Position numbers and translations under genes: made by a program
The notes under the pieces: model-generated
What the model was told of the DNA's origin: nothing
Seen by the model: the letters and a program-made list of their open reading frames with translations, nothing else
Databases searched by the model: none
Shown here: positions 61,245 to 64,000 of the stretch, in pieces
Numbering within the stretch: position 1 is the first letter of the stretch
How the letters are laid out: each line of letters opens with the position of its first letter
Origin: Oikopleura dioica
Taxonomy: Eukaryota; Animalia; Chordata
Reading direction: 5' to 3'
Length of the DNA: 64,000 nt
NCBI GenBank assembly: GCA_907165135.1
Contig: OU015566.1
Location: forward strand, 8,556,001-8,620,000

Positions 61245-63183
61245 ATGTCCGAGGAAAGACAGGATATCCTCCGTAATATTTTTGACCTGTACGTCACGAA
61301 GAAAGGAAATCTCAATGTCACGAAATTCGTCAATGGCCTTGAACAAATGGGGCTCAAAAAGTCCGATGCAAGACTGCTTCCGTTCATGAACAGAATGCGA
61401 GACTTCCAGCTTTCTCCTGCTAAAGGAGAGGAGGTTGCACCAATTATGCCTGATGATTTCATGAATTTGATCGGCGATGCCGAGGAGTTGATCGTCAAGG
61501 CGTTCTCAGGAAATCTCGTTATTCCTGACTTCAGCACCTTCAAACAGACTGTCACCGAAATTTACGAAGAACTCAAGGTAATTATCTTTATTTTTGTCTG
61601 ATTTTGATATTTTCCTAGGACTTCAACTCTGGTCACCCAGCCGATTACATTCCTCAACTCGCCCGTGTCGACCCGAGTCTCTGGGCTGTGTCAGTTTGTA
61701 CCGTTGATGGCCAACGCTTTGATATTGGAGATATTGATCAGACTTACTCCATCCAATCGACCTCTAAGCCCTTCAACTACGCGATGGCTTTGGATCTCTA
61801 TGGAAATGAAGATGTGTACAACTACGTCTCTGCTGAGCCATCTGGCCATGGCTTTAACGAAATTGTCCTTGATGGACGGTATGACTTTCGATTTTTAAGG
61901 AAAAATAGTTTTTTGTAGAAACAAACCTCACAATCCGATGATCAACGCTGGAGCCATCATGGTTTCCTCACTTGTTAAGTCCGAAATGAACACAGCTGAT
62001 CGATTCGAGTACATGCAAGGAATCTTCCGTCGACTTGCCGGAGATCTCCATGTTGGCTTCAATAACTCAATCTACCTTTCAGAGCGATCCGTTGCTGATA
62101 GGGAGGGATCTTTAAAGAACACGCCTATTTCGATGCAACCTATTTTTGATCAATTGAAGCTTTTAGGTCAAGCTCATAAACCTGATTACCCCGTCGATCA
62201 CCCGTTTTTATGTCATTCTGAGCCACTTTTTGAGCTCGTAAACTAAATATCTAGCTAATTACTTATTGAAAAATTCATGATTAATATCCCGAACAAGAAA
62301 CTTCGCTCTTGGTCACTACATGCACGAGCACGATTGTTTCCCAGCTGGAACCAACCTTGAAAAGGTCCTCGAATTCTACTTCCAGCTCTGCTCCATCGAA
62401 GCCAAGTGCGATTCTCACTGTGTCATGGCTGCTACCCTCGCCAACGGAGGAATTTGTCCAATTACAAACGACAAAGTCTACGAGCCACGATCCGTCCAAC
62501 AGACACTTTCTCTGATGCTTTCGTGCGGTATGTACGATTACTCTGGACAGTGGGCTTTCCAGGTTGGACTCCCCGCTAAATCTGGTGTTTCTGGTTCTAT
62601 CATCGTTGTTGTTCCAAATGTCATGGCGATGTGCCTTTACTCTCCTCCACTCGACAAACTTGGAAACTCAGCCAAGGGTATTGAGTTCATGAACAGATTG
62701 CTCCAACGATTCAACTTCCATCATTTCGACAGGTATAATAATTTTATTTGATAACTTGACATTCAACTTAAAATTTAAGTTTAAATCATGCTGTCCAGAA
62801 AATCAACCCTCGAAATAACATGATGAAGATTGAGGACAGTAACCGCACCTCATTATTCTTTGCTGTTGGAGCAGGCGAACTTGGACTTGTCAAGAAGTTT
62901 TTCGACAGCGAATACGACTTCAACGCCAAGGATTGCAACGGCCGAACAGTTCTTCACGTCGCCAGTGCAGTTGGCGCTGAATCAATTGTCCGATTCTTGC
63001 TTGAAAAGACTGAGGTTGTAATCGTCGTATTCTTACGAAATAAACCTTCATTTCTAGCTGAAAGCTGACGAGCCGGATCTATGGGGCGAAACTCCGATGG
63101 ACATCGCTACCAAATATGGCTTTAATTCTATTACAGATATCCTTCGTTGCCGAGTTATTGCACAAACCATGCCTACTGTGTAA
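61245..63183 (+). CDS. GLS: Glutaminase (kidney/liver-type) with C-terminal ankyrin repeats
   Basis: [16 protein letters not shown] (catalytic SxxK), [36 protein letters not shown], then ankyrin repeats; stop at 63181-63183. Confidence 0.95.
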
Positions 63184-63458
63184 GTAACAGTAATTTTTTC
63201 AAGTTGATTCAAGCTTTTCTAGTGACGATTCTCCAAAATCTCCTGCCATCTCTGAAGGAGATTCGGGCGTCGTTTCTTCTGCCTAGTGTCTGCGCCTTGA
63301 AATTAATAAATTTTTTGTGTAAATCACATTATTTGAATAATTTGTCTCCTCTACTTTATGTTCGATCTCCAGGGAATTCTAAGCACAAGTGAGCATCAAT
63401 TAAAAATAATTACTTTTTTCCTGCGGTAAGGCGAAAATTCTGCCAAGCAGTTGAACGA

Positions 63459-64000
63459 ATGAAGACAGTAAGAATGATAACAAAGAGAATATCAACCCCA
63501 AAAAGGTCACTTGTACTGGTTTTGCTACAATTTCCTTTATGTCTTCAACTGGTCGGAGTTTGTACAGATCACTGGATCGAGGGCAGAGAAAATTGGTTCG
63601 TGAAAGATGAACATAACCACATTCAAGTGACTTGGATGGTTATTGATAGTACTCAGGTTGGCAAATATTGTATGCTTTTTATCAGTCTGATAGGGGCTCA
63701 AACGATTATGTTGCCGAAGTGAAGAGTGTTATGGGCAATGCCGGCCAATAAACTTCACCGATTTGAGCAACGGAGAGACGAAAGAAATGATGAGCACTTG
63801 GGAACGCTATTTGTTCTCCGCCCGCGAAAGTTCAGTTTTTCTCAAATTTGCAGTCGTTTGTACCACCTTAACGACTGTCATAAAGATTCTCTACCCTCGA
63901 AAGTATATTCTTCACTCACTCATTCTAACAATATCCGCGATGTTTGGTTTCTTCGGTCTTACCGCATTCCTAGCAGTCACAGAAAAGTACCGAGCCGCGG
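63459..64000 (+). CDS. Claudin/PMP22-superfamily-like membrane protein (runs off the window end)
   Basis: TM1 ending LVGVCTDHW, spliced to GLKRLCCRSEEC (GLW..C..C-like loop), then two further hydrophobic helices. Confidence 0.45.

Noticed and set aside
1-64000. Spliced-leader RNA, 5S rRNA, rRNA or autonomous transposase/RT genes
   Set aside because: Looked for by eye and no supporting motifs were found.

Overview
This is gene-dense eukaryotic DNA with many 40-70 nt introns and several non-canonical GA-AG, GG-AG and GC-AG introns. That pattern points to a larvacean tunicate of the Oikopleura type (inference; no database search was run). About 28 protein-coding genes or gene fragments can be built by hand. 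They include an SLC43-like transporter, a sulfotransferase, a divergent Cdc42-like GTPase, an integrin alpha, enkurin, a tetraspanin, two ZP-domain proteins, a RING protein, a receptor guanylyl cyclase and glutaminase. There is also a tRNA-Gly(GCC) and at least seven non-autonomous inverted-repeat transposons. The standout is an intron-containing secreted protein (13713-15624, minus) ending in a complete two-domain microbial-type expansin (DPBB plus a CBM63-like domain with IKEGSSQWW), fused to sushi-like modules and a Thr/Ser linker. A paralog 5.5 kb away lacks the expansin part. In an animal that secretes and inflates a cellulose house, this is a candidate cellulose-loosening system acquired by horizontal transfer. 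The second highlight is two long-TIR foldback elements of one family, both inserted in coding exons. Their ends carry splice-like signals that would restore the reading frame in either orientation, so they may be self-intronizing. Third, the receptor guanylyl cyclase has lost both catalytic Asn and Arg. Exon boundaries were inferred by eye; hypothetical genes have uncertain ends.
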